A stretch of DNA of 64,000 nt. Origin: Auanema rhodensis (lineage: Eukaryota > Animalia > Nematoda). This document shows, piece after piece, positions 44,351 through 58,422 of this stretch. The first letter of the stretch is position 1; each line of letters begins with the position of its first letter. The DNA is taken from contig OZ059894.1 of NCBI GenBank assembly GCA_964057225.1, positions 24,056,001 through 24,120,000 of the forward strand, given 5' to 3'. The notes beneath the pieces are model-generated. The model was not told where the DNA came from. It did no database searches and was given only the letters and a program-made list of their open reading frames with translations. Both the position numbers and the translations under genes were made by a program.

Positions 44351-47300
44351 ACTTCAATTTATGCTAATTAAATGTACACGTGATGTGCACTTGGTATGTA
44401 ACTCGCTTCACGTGAAAGATAAAGAGATGCGGTTTTCAAAATTAGATTCCCCATGTCCATATTAGTCTAAAAACAAATTTTTATTGATATTGGTTCATGG
44501 TAACCATGACTTTGAAATTTACGTGAACTTTAATTTATGCTAATTAAATGTACACGTGATGTGCACTTGGTATGTAACTCGCTTCACGTGAAAGATAAAG
44601 AGATGCGGTTTTCAAAATTAGATTCCCCATGTCCATATTAGTCTAAAAACAAATTTTTATTGATATTGGTTCATGGTAACCATGACTTTGAAATTTACGT
44701 GAACTTCAATTTATGCTAATTAAATGTACACGTGATGTGCACTTGGTATGTAACTCGCTTCACGTGAAAGATAAAGAGATGCGGTTTTCAAAATTAGATT
44801 CCCCATGTCCATATTAGTCTAAAAACAAATTTTTATTGATATTGGTTCATGGTAACCATGACTTTGAAATTTACGTGAACTTCAATTTATGCTAATTAAA
44901 TGTACACGTGATGTGCACTTGGTATGTAACTCGCTTCACGTGAAAGATGAAGAGATGCGGTTTTCAAAATTAGATTCCCTATGTCCATATTAGTCTAAAA
45001 ACAAATTTTTATTGATATTGGTTCATGGTAACCATGACTTTGAAATTTACGTGAACTTTAATTTATGCTAATTAAATGTACACGTGATGTGCACTTGGTA
45101 TGTAACTCGCTTCACGTGAAAGATAAAGAGATGCGGTTTTCAAAATTAGATTCCCCATGTCCATATTAGTCTAAAAACAAATTTTTATTGATATTGGTGC
45201 ATGGTAACCATGACTTTGAAATTTACGTGAACTTTAATTTATGCTAATTAAATGTACACGTGATGTGCACTTGGTATGTAACTCGCTTCACGTGAAAGAT
45301 AAAGAGATGCGGTTTTCAAAATTAGATTCCCCATGTCCATATTAGTCTAAAAACAAATTTTTATTGATATTGGTTCATGGTAACCATGACTTTGAAATTT
45401 ACGTGAACTTCAATTTATGCTAATTAAATGTACACGTGATGTGCACTTGGTATGTAACTCGCTTCACGTGAAAGATGAAGAGATGCGGTTTTCAAAATTA
45501 GATTCCCTATGTCCATATTAGTCTAAAAACAAATTTTTATTGATATTGGTTCATGGTAACTATGACTTTGAAATTTACGTGAACTTTAATTTATGCTAAT
45601 TAAATGTACACGTGATGTGCACTTGGTATGTAACTCGCTTCACGTGAAAGATAAAGAGATGCGGTTTTCAAAATTAGATTCCCCATGTCCATATTAGTCT
45701 AAAAACAAATTTTTATTGATATTGGTTCATGGTAACCATGACTTTGAAATTTACGTGAACTTCAATTTATGCTAATTAAATGTACACGTGATGTGCACTT
45801 GGTATGTAACTCGCTTCACGTGAAAGATAAAGAGATGCGGTTTTCAAAATTAGATTCCCCATGTCCATATTAGTCTAAAAACAAATTTTTATTGATATTG
45901 GTTCATGGTAACCATGACTTTGAAATTTACGTGAACTTTAATTTATGCTAATTAAATGTACACGTGATGTGCACTTGGTATGTAACTCGCTTCACGTGAA
46001 AGATAAAGAGATGCGGTTTTCAAAATTAGATTCCCCATGTCCATATTAGTCTAAAAACAAATTTTTATTGATATTGGTTCATGGTAACCATGACTTTGAA
46101 ATTTACGTGAACTTCAATTTATGCTAATTAAATGTACACGTGATGTGCACTTGGTATGTAACTCGCTTCACGTGAAAGATAAAGAGATGCGGTTTTCAAA
46201 ATTAGATTCCCCATGTCCAGATTAGTCTAAAAACAAATTTTTATTGATATTGGTTCATGGTAACCATGACTTTGAAATTTACGTGAACTTCAATTTATGC
46301 TAATTAAATGTACACGTGATGTGCACTTGGTATGTAACTCGCTTCACGTGAAAGATGAAGAGATGCGGTTTTCAAAATTAGATTCCCTATGTCCATATTA
46401 GTCTAAAAACAAATTTTTATTGATATTGGTTCATGGTAACCATGACTTTGAAATTTACGTGAACTTTAATTTATGCTAATTAAATGTACACGTGATGTGC
46501 ACTTGGTATGTAACTCGCTTCACGTGAAAGATAAAGAGATGCGGTTTTCAAAATTAGATTCCCCATGTCCATATTAGTCTAAAAACAAATTTTTATTGAT
46601 ATTGGTGCATGGTAACCATGACTTTGAAATTTACGTGAACTTTAATTTATGCTAATTAAATGTACACGTGATGTGCCCTCGGTATGTAACTCGCTTCACG
46701 TGAAAGATAAAGAGATGCGGTTTTCAAAATTAGATTCCCCATGTCCATATTAGTCTAAAAACAAATTTTTATTGATATTGGTGCATGGTAACCATGACTT
46801 TGAAATTTACGTGAACTTTAATTTATGCTAATTAAATGTACACGTGATGTGCACTCGGTATGTAACTCGCTTCACGTAAAAGATAAAGAGATGCGGTTTT
46901 CAAAATTAAATTTCCCATGTCCATATTAGTCTAAAAACAAATTTTTATTGATATTGGTGCATGGTAACCATGACTTTGAAATTTACGTGAACTTTAATTT
47001 ATGCTAATTAAATGTACACGTGATGTGCACTTGGTATGTAACTCGCTTCACGTGAAAGATAAAGAGATGCGGTTTTCAAAATTAGATTCCCCATGTCCAT
47101 ATTAGTCTAAAAACAAATTTTTATTGATATTGGTTCATGGTAACCATGACTTTGAAATTTACGTGAACTTTAATTTATGCTAATTAAATGTACACGTGAT
47201 GTGCACTTGGTATGTAACTCGCTTCACGTGAAAGATAAAGAGATGCGGTTTTCAAAATTAGATTCCCCCTGTCCATATTAGTCTAAAAACAAATTTTTAT

Positions 47301-48400
47301 TGATATTGGTTCATGGTAACCATGACTTTGAAATTTACGTGAACTTTAATTTATGCTAATTAAATGTACACGTGATGTGCACTTGGTATGTAACTCGCTT
47401 CACGTGAAAGATAAAGAGATGCGGTTTTCAAAATTAGATTCCCCATGTCCATATTAGTCTAAAAACAAATTTTTATTGATATTGGTTCATGGTAACCATG
47501 ACTTTGAAATTTACGTGAACTTTAATTTATGCTAATTAAATGTACACGTGATGTGCACTTGGTATGTAACTCGCTTCACGTGAAAGATAGAGAGATGCGG
47601 TTTTCAAAATTAGATTCCCCATGTCCATATTAGTCTAAAAACAAATTTTTATTGATATTGGTGCATGGTAACCATGACTTTGAAATTTACGTGAACTTTA
47701 ATTTATGCTAATTAAATGTACACGTGATGTGCACTTGGTATGTAACTCGCTTCACGTGAAAGATAAAGAGATGCGGTTTTCAAAATTAGATTCCCCATGT
47801 CCATATTAGTCTAAAAACAAATTTTTATTGATATTGGTTCATGGTAACCATGACTTTGAAATTTACGTGAACTTCAATTTATGCTAATTAAATGTACACG
47901 TGATGTGCACTTGGTATGTAACTCGCTTCACGTGAAAGATGAAGAGATGCGGTTTTCAAAATTAGATTCCCTATGTCCATATTAGTCTAAAAACAAATTT
48001 TTATTGATATTGGTTCATGGTAACTATGACTTTGAAATTTACGTGAACTTTAATTTATGCTAATTAAATGTACACGTGATGTGCACTTGGTATGTAACTC
48101 GCTTCACGTGAAAGATAAAGAGATGCGGTTTTCAAAATTAGATTCCCCATGTCCATATTAGTCTAAAAACAAATTTTTATTGATATTGGTTCATGGTAAC
48201 CATGACTTTGAAATTTACGTGAACTTCAATTTATGCTAATTAAATGTACACGTGATGTGCACTTGGTATGTAACTCGCTTCACGTGAAAGATAAAGAGAT
48301 GCGGTTTTCAAAATTAGATTCCCCATGTCCATATTAGTCTAAAAACAAATTTTTATTGATATTGGTGCATGGTAACCATGACTTTGAAATTTACGTGAAC

Positions 48401-51400
48401 TTTAATTTATGCTAATTAAATGTACACGTGATGTGCACTCGGTATGTAACTCGCTTCACGTAAAAGATAAAGAGATGCGGTTTTCAAAATTAAATTTCCC
48501 ATGTCCATATTAGTCTAAAAACAAATTTTTATTGATATTGGTTCATGGTAACCATGACTTTGAAATTTACGTGAACTTTAATTTATGCTAATTAAATGTA
48601 CACGTGATGTGCACTTGGTATGTAACTCGCTTCACGTGAAAGATAAAGAGATGCGGTTTTCAAAATTAGATTCCCCATGTCCATATTAGTCTAAAAACAA
48701 ATTTTTATTGATATTGGTTCATGGTAACCATGACTTTGAAATTTACGTGAACTTTAATTTATGCTAATTAAATGTACACGTGATGTGCACTTGGTATGTA
48801 ACTCGCTTCACGTGAAAGATAGAGAGATGCGGTTTTCAAAATTAGATTCCCCATGTCCATATTAGTCTAAAAACAAATTTTTATTGATATTGGTGCATGG
48901 TAACCATGACTTTGAAATTTACGTGAACTTTAATTTATGCTAATTAAATGTACACGTGATGTGCACTTGGTATGTAACTCGCTTCACGTGAAAGATAAAG
49001 AGATGCGGTTTTCAAAATTAGATTCCCCATGTCCATATTAGTCTAAAAACAAATTTTTATTGATATTGGTTCATGGTAACCATGACTTTGAAATTTACGT
49101 GAACTTTAATTTATGCTAATTAAATGTACACGTGATGTGCACTTGGTATGTAACTCGCTTCACGTGAAAGATGAAGAGATGCGGTTTTCAAAATTAGATT
49201 CCCTATGTCCATATTAGTCTAAAAACAAATTTTTATTGATATTGGTTCATGGTAACTATGACTTTGAAATTTACGTGAACTTTAATTTATGCTAATTAAA
49301 TGTACACGTGATGTGCACTTGGTATGTAACTCGCTTCACGTGAAAGATAAAGAGATGCGGTTTTCAAAATTAGATTCCCCATGTCCATATTAGTCTAAAA
49401 ACAAATTTTTATTGATATTGGTTCATGGTAACCATGACTTTGAAATTTACGTGAACTTCAATTTATGCTAATTAAATGTACACGTGATGTGCACTTGGTA
49501 TGTAACTCGCTTCACGTGAAAGATAAAGAGATGCGGTTTTCAAAATTAGATTCCCCATGTCCATATTAGTCTAAAAACAAATTTTTATTGATATTGGTTC
49601 ATGGTAACCATGACTTTGAAATTTACGTGAACTTCAATTTATGCTAATTAAATGTACACGTGATGTGCACTTGGTATGTAACTCGCTTCACGTGAAAGAT
49701 AAAGAGATGCGGTTTTCAAAATTAGATTCCCCATGTCCATATTAGTCTAAAAACAAATTTTTATTGATATTGGTGCATGGTAACCATGACTTTGAAATTT
49801 ACGTGAACTTTAATTTATGCTAATTAAATGTACACGTGATGTGCACTCGGTATGTAACTCGCTTCACGTAAAAGATAAAGAGATGCGGTTTTCAAAATTA
49901 AATTTCCCATGTCCATATTAGTCTAAAAACAAATTTTTATTGATATTGGTTCATGGTAACCATGACTTTGAAATTTACGTGAACTTTAATTTATGCTAAT
50001 TAAATGTACACGTGATGTGCACTTGGTATGTAACTCGCTTCACGTGAAAGATAAAGAGATGCGGTTTTCAAAATTAGATTCCCCATGTCCATATTAGTCT
50101 AAAAACAAATTTTTATTGATATTGGTTCATGGTAACCATGACTTTGAAATTTACGTGAACTTTAATTTATGCTAATTAAATGTACACGTGATGTGCACTT
50201 GGTATGTAACTCGCTTCACGTGAAAGATAGAGAGATGCGGTTTTCAAAATTAGATTCCCCATGTCCATATTAGTCTAAAAACAAATTTTTATTGATATTG
50301 GTGCATGGTAACCATGACTTTGAAATTTACGTGAACTTTAATTTATGCTAATTAAATGTACACGTGATGTGCACTTGGTATGTAACTCGCTTCACGTGAA
50401 AGATAAAGAGATGCGGTTTTCAAAATTAGATTCCCCATGTCCATATTAGTCTAAAAACAAATTTTTATTGATATTGGTTCATGGTAACCATGACTTTGAA
50501 ATTTACGTGAACTTTAATTTATGCTAATTAAATGTACACGTGATGTGCACTTGGTATGTAACTCGCTTCACGTGAAAGATGAAGAGATGCGGTTTTCAAA
50601 ATTAGATTCCCTATGTCCATATTAGTCTAAAAACAAATTTTTATTGATATTGGTTCATGGTAACTATGACTTTGAAATTTACGTGAACTTTAATTTATGC
50701 TAATTAAATGTACACGTGATGTGCACTTGGTATGTAACTCGCTTCACGTGAAAGATAAAGAGATGCGGTTTTCAAAATTAGATTCCCCATGTCCATATTA
50801 GTCTAAAAACAAATTTTTATTGATATTGGTTCATGGTAACCATGACTTTGAAATTTACGTGAACTTCAATTTATGCTAATTAAATGTACACGTGATGTGC
50901 ACTTGGTATGTAACTCGCTTCACGTGAAAGATAAAGAGATGCGGTTTTCAAAATTAGATTCCCCATGTCCATATTAGTCTAAAAACAAATTTTTATTGAT
51001 ATTGGTTCATGGTAACCATGACTTTGAAATTTACGTGAACTTCAATTTATGCTAATTAAATGTACACGTGATGTGCACTTGGTATGTAACTCGCTTCACG
51101 TGAAAGATAAAGAGATGCGGTTTTCAAAATTAGATTCCCCATGTCCATATTAGTCTAAAAACAAATTTTTATTGATATTGGTGCATGGTAACCATGACTT
51201 TGAAATTTACGTGAACTTTAATTTATGCTAATTAAATGTACACGTGATGTGCACTCGGTATGTAACTCGCTTCACGTAAAAGATAAAGAGATGCGGTTTT
51301 CAAAATTAAATTTCCCATGTCCATATTAGTCTAAAAACAAATTTTTATTGATATTGGTTCATGGTAACCATGACTTTGAAATTTACGTGAACTTTAATTT

Positions 51401-52400
51401 ATGCTAATTAAATGTACACGTGATGTGCACTTGGTATGTAACTCGCTTCACGTGAAAGATAAAGAGATGCGGTTTTCAAAATTAGATTCCCCATGTCCAT
51501 ATTAGTCTAAAAACAAATTTTTATTGATATTGGTTCATGGTAACCATGACTTTGAAATTTACGTGAACTTTAATTTATGCTAATTAAATGTACACGTGAT
51601 GTGCACTTGGTATGTAACTCGCTTCACGTGAAAGATAGAGAGATGCGGTTTTCAAAATTAGATTCCCCATGTCCATATTAGTCTAAAAACAAATTTTTAT
51701 TGATATTGGTGCATGGTAACCATGACTTTGAAATTTACGTGAACTTTAATTTATGCTAATTAAATGTACACGTGATGTGCACTTGGTATGTAACTCGCTT
51801 CACGTGAAAGATAAAGAGATGCGGTTTTCAAAATTAGATTCCCCATGTCCATATTAGTCTAAAAACAAATTTTTATTGATATTGGTTCATGGTAACCATG
51901 ACTTTGAAATTTACGTGAACTTCAATTTATGCTAATTAAATGTACACGTGATGTGCACTTGGTATGTAACTCGCTTCACGTGAAAGATGAAGAGATGCGG
52001 TTTTCAAAATTAGATTCCCTATGTCCATATTAGTCTAAAAACAAATTTTTATTGATATTGGTTCATGGTAACTATGACTTTGAAATTTACGTGAACTTTA
52101 ATTTATGCTAATTAAATGTACACGTGATGTGCACTTGGTATGTAACTCGCTTCACGTGAAAGATAAAGAGATGCGGTTTTCAAAATTAGATTCCCCATGT
52201 CCATATTAGTCTAAAAACAAATTTTTATTGATATTGGTTCATGGTAACCATGACTTTGAAATTTACGTGAACTTCAATTTATGCTAATTAAATGTACACG
52301 TGATGTGCACTTGGTATGTAACTCGCTTCACGTGAAAGATAAAGAGATGCGGTTTTCAAAATTAGATTCCCCATGTCCATATTAGTCTAAAAACAAATTT
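48401..52400 (+). repeat. Local 8-monomer (1408 bp) higher-order repeat, about 3 copies
   Basis: T40C at 48440/49848/51256, GATAGAG at 48822/50230/51638, AACTATG at 49257/50665/52073. Confidence 0.85.
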
Positions 52401-55400
52401 TTATTGATATTGGTTCATGGTAACCATGACTTTGAAATTTACGTGAACTTTAATTTATGCTAATTAAATGTACACGTGATGTGCACTTGGTATGTAACTC
52501 GCTTCACGTGAAAGATAAAGAGATGCGGTTTTCAAAATTAGATTCCCCATGTCCATATTAGTCTAAAAACAAATTTTTATTGATATTGGTGCATGGTAAC
52601 CATGACTTTGAAATTTACGTGAACTTTAATTTATGCTAATTAAATGTACACGTGATGTGCACTTGGTATGTAACTCGCTTCACGTGAAAGATAAAGAGAT
52701 GCGGTTTTCAAAATTAGATTCCCCATGTCCATATTAGTCTAAAAACAAATTTTTATTGATATTGGTTCATGGTAACCATGACTTTGAAATTTACGTGAAC
52801 TTCAATTTATGCTAATTAAATGTACACGTGATGTGCACTTGGTATGTAACTCGCTTCACGTGAAAGATAAAGAGATGCGGTTTTCAAAATTAGATTCCCC
52901 ATGTCCATATTAGTCTAAAAACAAATTTTTATTGATATTGGTTCATGGTAACCATGACTTTGAAATTTACGTGAACTTCAATTTATGCTAATTAAATGTA
53001 CACGTGATGTGCACTTGGTATGTAACTCGCTTCACGTGAAAGATAAAGAGATGCGGTTTTCAAAATTAGATTCCCCATGTCCATATTAGTCTAAAAACAA
53101 ATTTTTATTGATATTGGTTCATGGTAACCATGACTTTGAAATTTACGTGAACTTCAATTTATGCTAATTAAATGTACACGTGATGTGCACTTGGTATGTA
53201 ACTCGCTTCACGTGAAAGATAAAGAGATGCGGTTTTCAAAATTAGATTCCCCATGTCCATATTAGTCTAAAAACAAATTTTTATTGATATTGGTTCATGG
53301 TAACCATGACTTTGAAATTTACGTGAACTTTAATTTATGCTAATTAAATGTACACGTGATGTGCACTTGGTATGTAACTCGCTTCACGTGAAAGATAAAG
53401 AGATGCGGTTTTCAAAATTAGATTCCCCATGTCCATATTAGTCTAAAAACAAATTTTTATTGATATTGGTGCATGGTAACCATGACTTTGAAATTTACGT
53501 GAACTTTAATTTATGCTAATTAAATGTACACGTGATGTGCACTTGGTATGTAACTCGCTTCACGTGAAAGATAAAGAGATGCGGTTTTCAAAATTAGATT
53601 CCCCATGTCCATATTAGTCTAAAAACAAATTTTTATTGATATTGGTTCATGGTAACCATGACTTTGAAATTTACGTGAACTTTAATTTATGCTAATTAAA
53701 TGTACACGTGATGTGCACTTGGTATGTAACTCGCTTCACGTGAAAGATAAAGAGATGCGGTTTTCAAAATTAGATTCCCCATGTCCATATTAGTCTAAAA
53801 ATAAATTTTTATTGATATTGGTTCATGGTAACCATGACTTTGAAATTTACGTGAACTTCAATTTATGCTAATTAAATGTAAACGTGATGTGCACTTGGTA
53901 TGTAACTCGCTTCACGTGAAAGATAAAGAGATGCGGTTTCCAAAATTAGATTCCCCATGTCCATATTAGTCTAAAAACAAATTTTTATTGATATTGGTGC
54001 ATGGTAACCATGACTTTGAAATTTACGTGAACTTTAATTTATGCTAATTAAATGTACACGTGATGTGCACTTGGTATGTAACTCGCTTCACGTGAACGAT
54101 AAAGAGATGCGGTTTTCAAAATTAGATTCCCCATGTCCATATTAGTCTAAAAACAAATTTTTATTGATATTGGTTCATGGTAACCATGACTTTGAAATTT
54201 ACGTGAACTTTAATTTATGCTAATTAAATGTACACGTGATGTGCACTTGGTATGTAACTCGCTTCACGTGAAAGATAAAGAGATGCGGTTTTCAAAATTA
54301 GATTCCCCATGTCCATATTAGTCTAAAAACAAATTTTTATTGATATTGGTGCATGGTAACCATGACTTTGAAATTTACGTGAACTTTAATTTATGCTAAT
54401 TAAATGTACACGTGATGTGCACTTGGTATGTAACTCGCTTCACGTGAAAGATAAAGAGATGCGGTTTTCAAAATTAGATTCCCCATGTCCATATTAGTCT
54501 AAAAACAAATTTTTATTGATATTGGTTCATGGTAACCATGACTTTGAAATTTACGTGAACTTTAATTTATGCTAATTAAATGTACACGTGATGTGCACTT
54601 GGTATGTAACTCGCTTCACGTGAAAGATAAAGAGATGCGGTTTTCAAAATTAGATTCCCCATGTCCATATTAGTCTAAAAACAAATTTTTATTGATATTG
54701 GTGCATGGTAACCATGACTTTGAAATTTACGTGAACTTTAATTTATGCTAATTAAATGTACACGTGATGTGCACTTGGTATGTAACTCGCTTCACGTGAA
54801 AGATAAAGAGATGCGGTTTTCAAAATTAGATTCCCCATGTCCATATTAGTCTAAAAACAAATTTTTATTGATATTGGTTCATGGTAACCATGACTTTGAA
54901 ATTTACGTGAACTTTAATTTATGCTAATTAAATGTACACGTGATGTGCACTTGGTATGTAACTCGCTTCACGTGAAAGATAAAGAGATGCGGTTTTCAAA
55001 ATTAGATTCCCCATGTCCATATTAGTCTAAAAACAAGTTTTTATTGATATTGGTTCATGGTAACCATGACTTTGAAATTTACGTGAACTTCAATTTATGC
55101 TAATTAAATGTACACGTGATGTGCACTTGGTATGTAACTCGCTTCACGTGAAAGATAAAGAGATGCGGTTTCCAAAATTAGATTCCCCATGTCCATATTA
55201 GTCTAAAAACAAATTTTTATTGATATTGGTGCATGGTAACCATGACTTTGAAATTTACGTGAACTTTAATTTATGCTAATTAAATGTACACGTGATGTGC
55301 ACTTGGTATGTAACTCGCTTCACGTGAACGATAAAGAGATGCGGTTTTCAAAATTAGATTCCCCATGTCCATATTAGTCTAAAAACAAATTTTTATTGAT

Positions 55401-58378
55401 ATTGGTTCATGGTAACCATGACTTTGAAATTTACGTGAACTTTAATTTATGCTAATTAAATGTACACGTGATGTGCACTTGGTATGTAACTCGCTTCACG
55501 TGAAAGATAAAGAGATGCGGTTTTCAAAATAAGATTCCCCATGTCCATATTAGTCTAAAAACAAATTTTTATTGATATTGGTGCATGGTAACCATGACTT
55601 TGAAATTTACGTGAACTTTAATTTATGCTAATTAAATGTACACGTGATGTGCACTTGGTATGTAACTCGCTTCACGTGAAAGATAAAGAGATGCGGTTTT
55701 CAAAATTAGATTCCCCATGTCCATATTAGTCTAAAAACAAATTTTTATTGATATTGGTTCATGGTAACCATGACTTTGAAATTTACGTGAACTTTAATTT
55801 ATGCTAATTAAATGTACACGTGATGTGCACTTGGTATGTAACTCGCTTCACGTGAAAGATAAAGAGATGCGGTTTTCAAAATTAGATTCCCCATGTCCAT
55901 ATTAGTCTAAAAACAAATTTTTATTGATATTGGTGCATGGTAACCATGACTTTGAAATTTACGTGAACTTTAATTTATGCTAATTAAATGTACACGTGAT
56001 GTGCCCTTGGTATGTAACTCGCTTCACGTAAAAGATAAAGAGATGCGGTTTTCAAAATTAGATTCCCCATGTCCATATTAGTCTAAAAACAAATTTTTAT
56101 TGATATTGGTGCATGGTAACCATGACTTTGAAATTTACGTGAACTTTAATTTATGCTAATTAAATGTACACGTGATGTGCACTTGGTATGTAACTCGCTT
56201 CACGTGAAAGATAAAGAGATGCGGTTTTCAAAATTAAATTTCCCATGTCCATATTAGTCTAAAAACAAATTTTTATTGATATTGGTGCATGGTAACCATG
56301 ACTTTGGAATTTACGTGAACTTTAATTTATGTTAATTAAATGTACACGTGATGTGCACTTGGTATGTAACTCGCTTCACGTGAAAGATAAAGAGATGCGT
56401 TTTTCAAAATTAGATTCCCCATGTCCATATTAGTCTAAAAACAAATTTTTATTGATATTGATTCATGGTAACCATGACTTTGAAATTTACGTGAACTTTA
56501 ATTTATGCTAATTAAATGTACACGTGATGTGCACTTGGTATGTAACTCGCTTCACGTGAAAGATGAAGAGATGCGGTTTTCAAAATTAGATTCCCCATGT
56601 CCATATTAGTCTAAAAACAAATTTTTATTGATATTGGTTCATGGTAACCATGACTTTGAAATTTACGTGAACTTTAATTTATGCTAATTAAATGTACACG
56701 TGATGTGCACTTGGTATGTAACTCGCTTCACGTGAAAGATAAAGAGATGCGGTTTTCAAAATTAGATTCCCCATGTCCATATTAGTCTAAAAACAAATTT
56801 TTATTGATATTGGTTCATGGTAACCATGACTTTGAAATTTACGTGAACTTCAATTTATGCTAATTAAATGTACACGTGATGTGCACTTGGTATGTAACTC
56901 GCTTCACGTGAAAGATAAAGAGATGCGGTTTTCAAAATTAGATTCCCCATGTCCATATTAGTCTAAAAACAAATTTTTATTGATATTGGTGCATGGTAAC
57001 CATGACTTTGAAATTTACGTGAACTTTAATTTATGCTAATTAAATGTACACGTGATGTGCACTTGGTATGTAACTCGCTTCACGTGAAAGATAAAGAGAT
57101 GCGGTTTTCAAAATTAGATTCCCCATGTCCATATTAGTCTAAAAACAAATTTTTATTGATATTGGTTCATGGTAACCATGACTTTGAAATTTACGTGAAC
57201 TTTAATTTATGCTAATTAAATGTACACGTGATGTGCACTTGGTATGTAACTCGCTTCACGTGAAAGATAAAGAGATGCGGTTTTCAAAATTAGATTCCCC
57301 ATGTCCATATTAGTCTAAAAACAAATTTTTATTGATATTGGTGCATGGTAACCATGACTTTGAAATTTACGTGAACTTTAATTTATGCTAATTAAATGTA
57401 CACGTGATGTGCACTTGGTATGTAACTCGCTTCACGTGAAAGATAAAGAGATGCGGTTTTCAAAATTAGATTCCCCATGTCCATATTAGTCTAAAAACAA
57501 ATTTTTATTGATATTGGTTCATGGTAACCATGACTTTGAAATTTACGTGAACTTCAATTTATGCTAATTAAATGTACACGTGATGTGCACTTGGTATGTA
57601 ACTCGCTTCACGTGAAAGATAAAGAGATGCGGTTTTCAAAATTAGATTCCCCATGTCCATATTAGTCTAAAAACAAATTTTTATTGATATTGGTGCATGG
57701 TAACCATGACTTTGAAATTTACGTGAACTTTAATTTATGCTATTTAAATGTACACGTGATGTGCACTTGGTATGTAACTCGCTTCACGTGAAAGATAAAG
57801 AGATGCGGTTTTCAAAATTAAATTTCCCATGTCCATATTAGTCTAAAAACAAATTTTTATTGATAGTGGTGCATGGTAACCATGACTTTGAAATTTACGT
57901 GAACTTTAATTTATGCTAATTAAATGTACACGTGATGTGCACTTGGTATGTAACTCGCTTCACGTGAAAGATAAAGAGATGCGGTTTTCAAAATTAGATT
58001 CCCCATGTCCATATTAGTCTAAAAACAAATTTTTATTGATATTGGTTCATGGTAACCATGACTTTGAAATTTACGTGAACTTTAATTTATGCTAATTAAA
58101 TGTACACGTGATGTGCACTTGGTATGTAACTCGCTTCACGTGAAAGATAAAGAGATGCGGTTTTCAAAATTAGATTCCCCATGTCCATATTAGTCTAAAA
58201 ACAAATTTTTATTGATATTGGTGCATGGTAACCATGACTTTGAAATTTACGTGAACTTTAATTTATGCTATTTAAATGTACACGTGATGTGCACTTGGTA
58301 TGTAACTCGCTTCACGTGAAAGATAAAGAGATGCGGTTTTCAAAATTAGATTCCCTATGTCCATATTAGTCTAAAAAC

Positions 58379-58422
58379 AAATTTACGTGAACTTTAGCAT
58401 AAATTGAAGTTCACGTAAATTT
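58379..58422. other. Inversion (strand-switch) junction with a 40-bp monomer deletion, microhomologies and a 16-bp stem/12-nt loop inverted repeat
   Basis: The last + monomer jumps from AAATTT (monomer 123-128) to AAATTT (163-168) at 58379-58384. It continues ACGTGAACTTTA and joins the - strand arm through a shared TTA (58394-58396). AAATTTACGTGAACTT (58379-58394) is the exact reverse complement of AAGTTCACGTAAATTT (58407-58422). Confidence 0.93.

Larger units (their letters stand above)
1..58396 (+). repeat. Tandem satellite array, 176-bp monomer, ~331 full copies plus one truncated copy (putative centromeric/pericentromeric satellite)
   Basis: Monomer TTTAATTTATGCTAATTAAATGTACACGTGATGTGCACTTGG...GAAATTTACGTGAAC restarts at 177. 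The same phase recurs every 2640 bp (15x176) from 1 to 58081. Monomers differ only by a few substitutions; 57/176 bases are G+C. The centromeric role is inferred from monomer size and homogeneity only. Strand is defined relative to the monomer as read from position 1. Confidence 0.99.

Noticed and set aside
53400-58300. Strict dimeric higher-order repeat from G/T alternation at position 143
   Set aside because: The alternation is frequently broken (TT, GGG and TTT runs) and rests on a single site.
58379-58422. Transposon terminal inverted repeat or intrinsic terminator at the hairpin
   Set aside because: Both stems are ordinary satellite sequence brought together by the inversion; there is no foreign DNA, target-site duplication or transcription unit.
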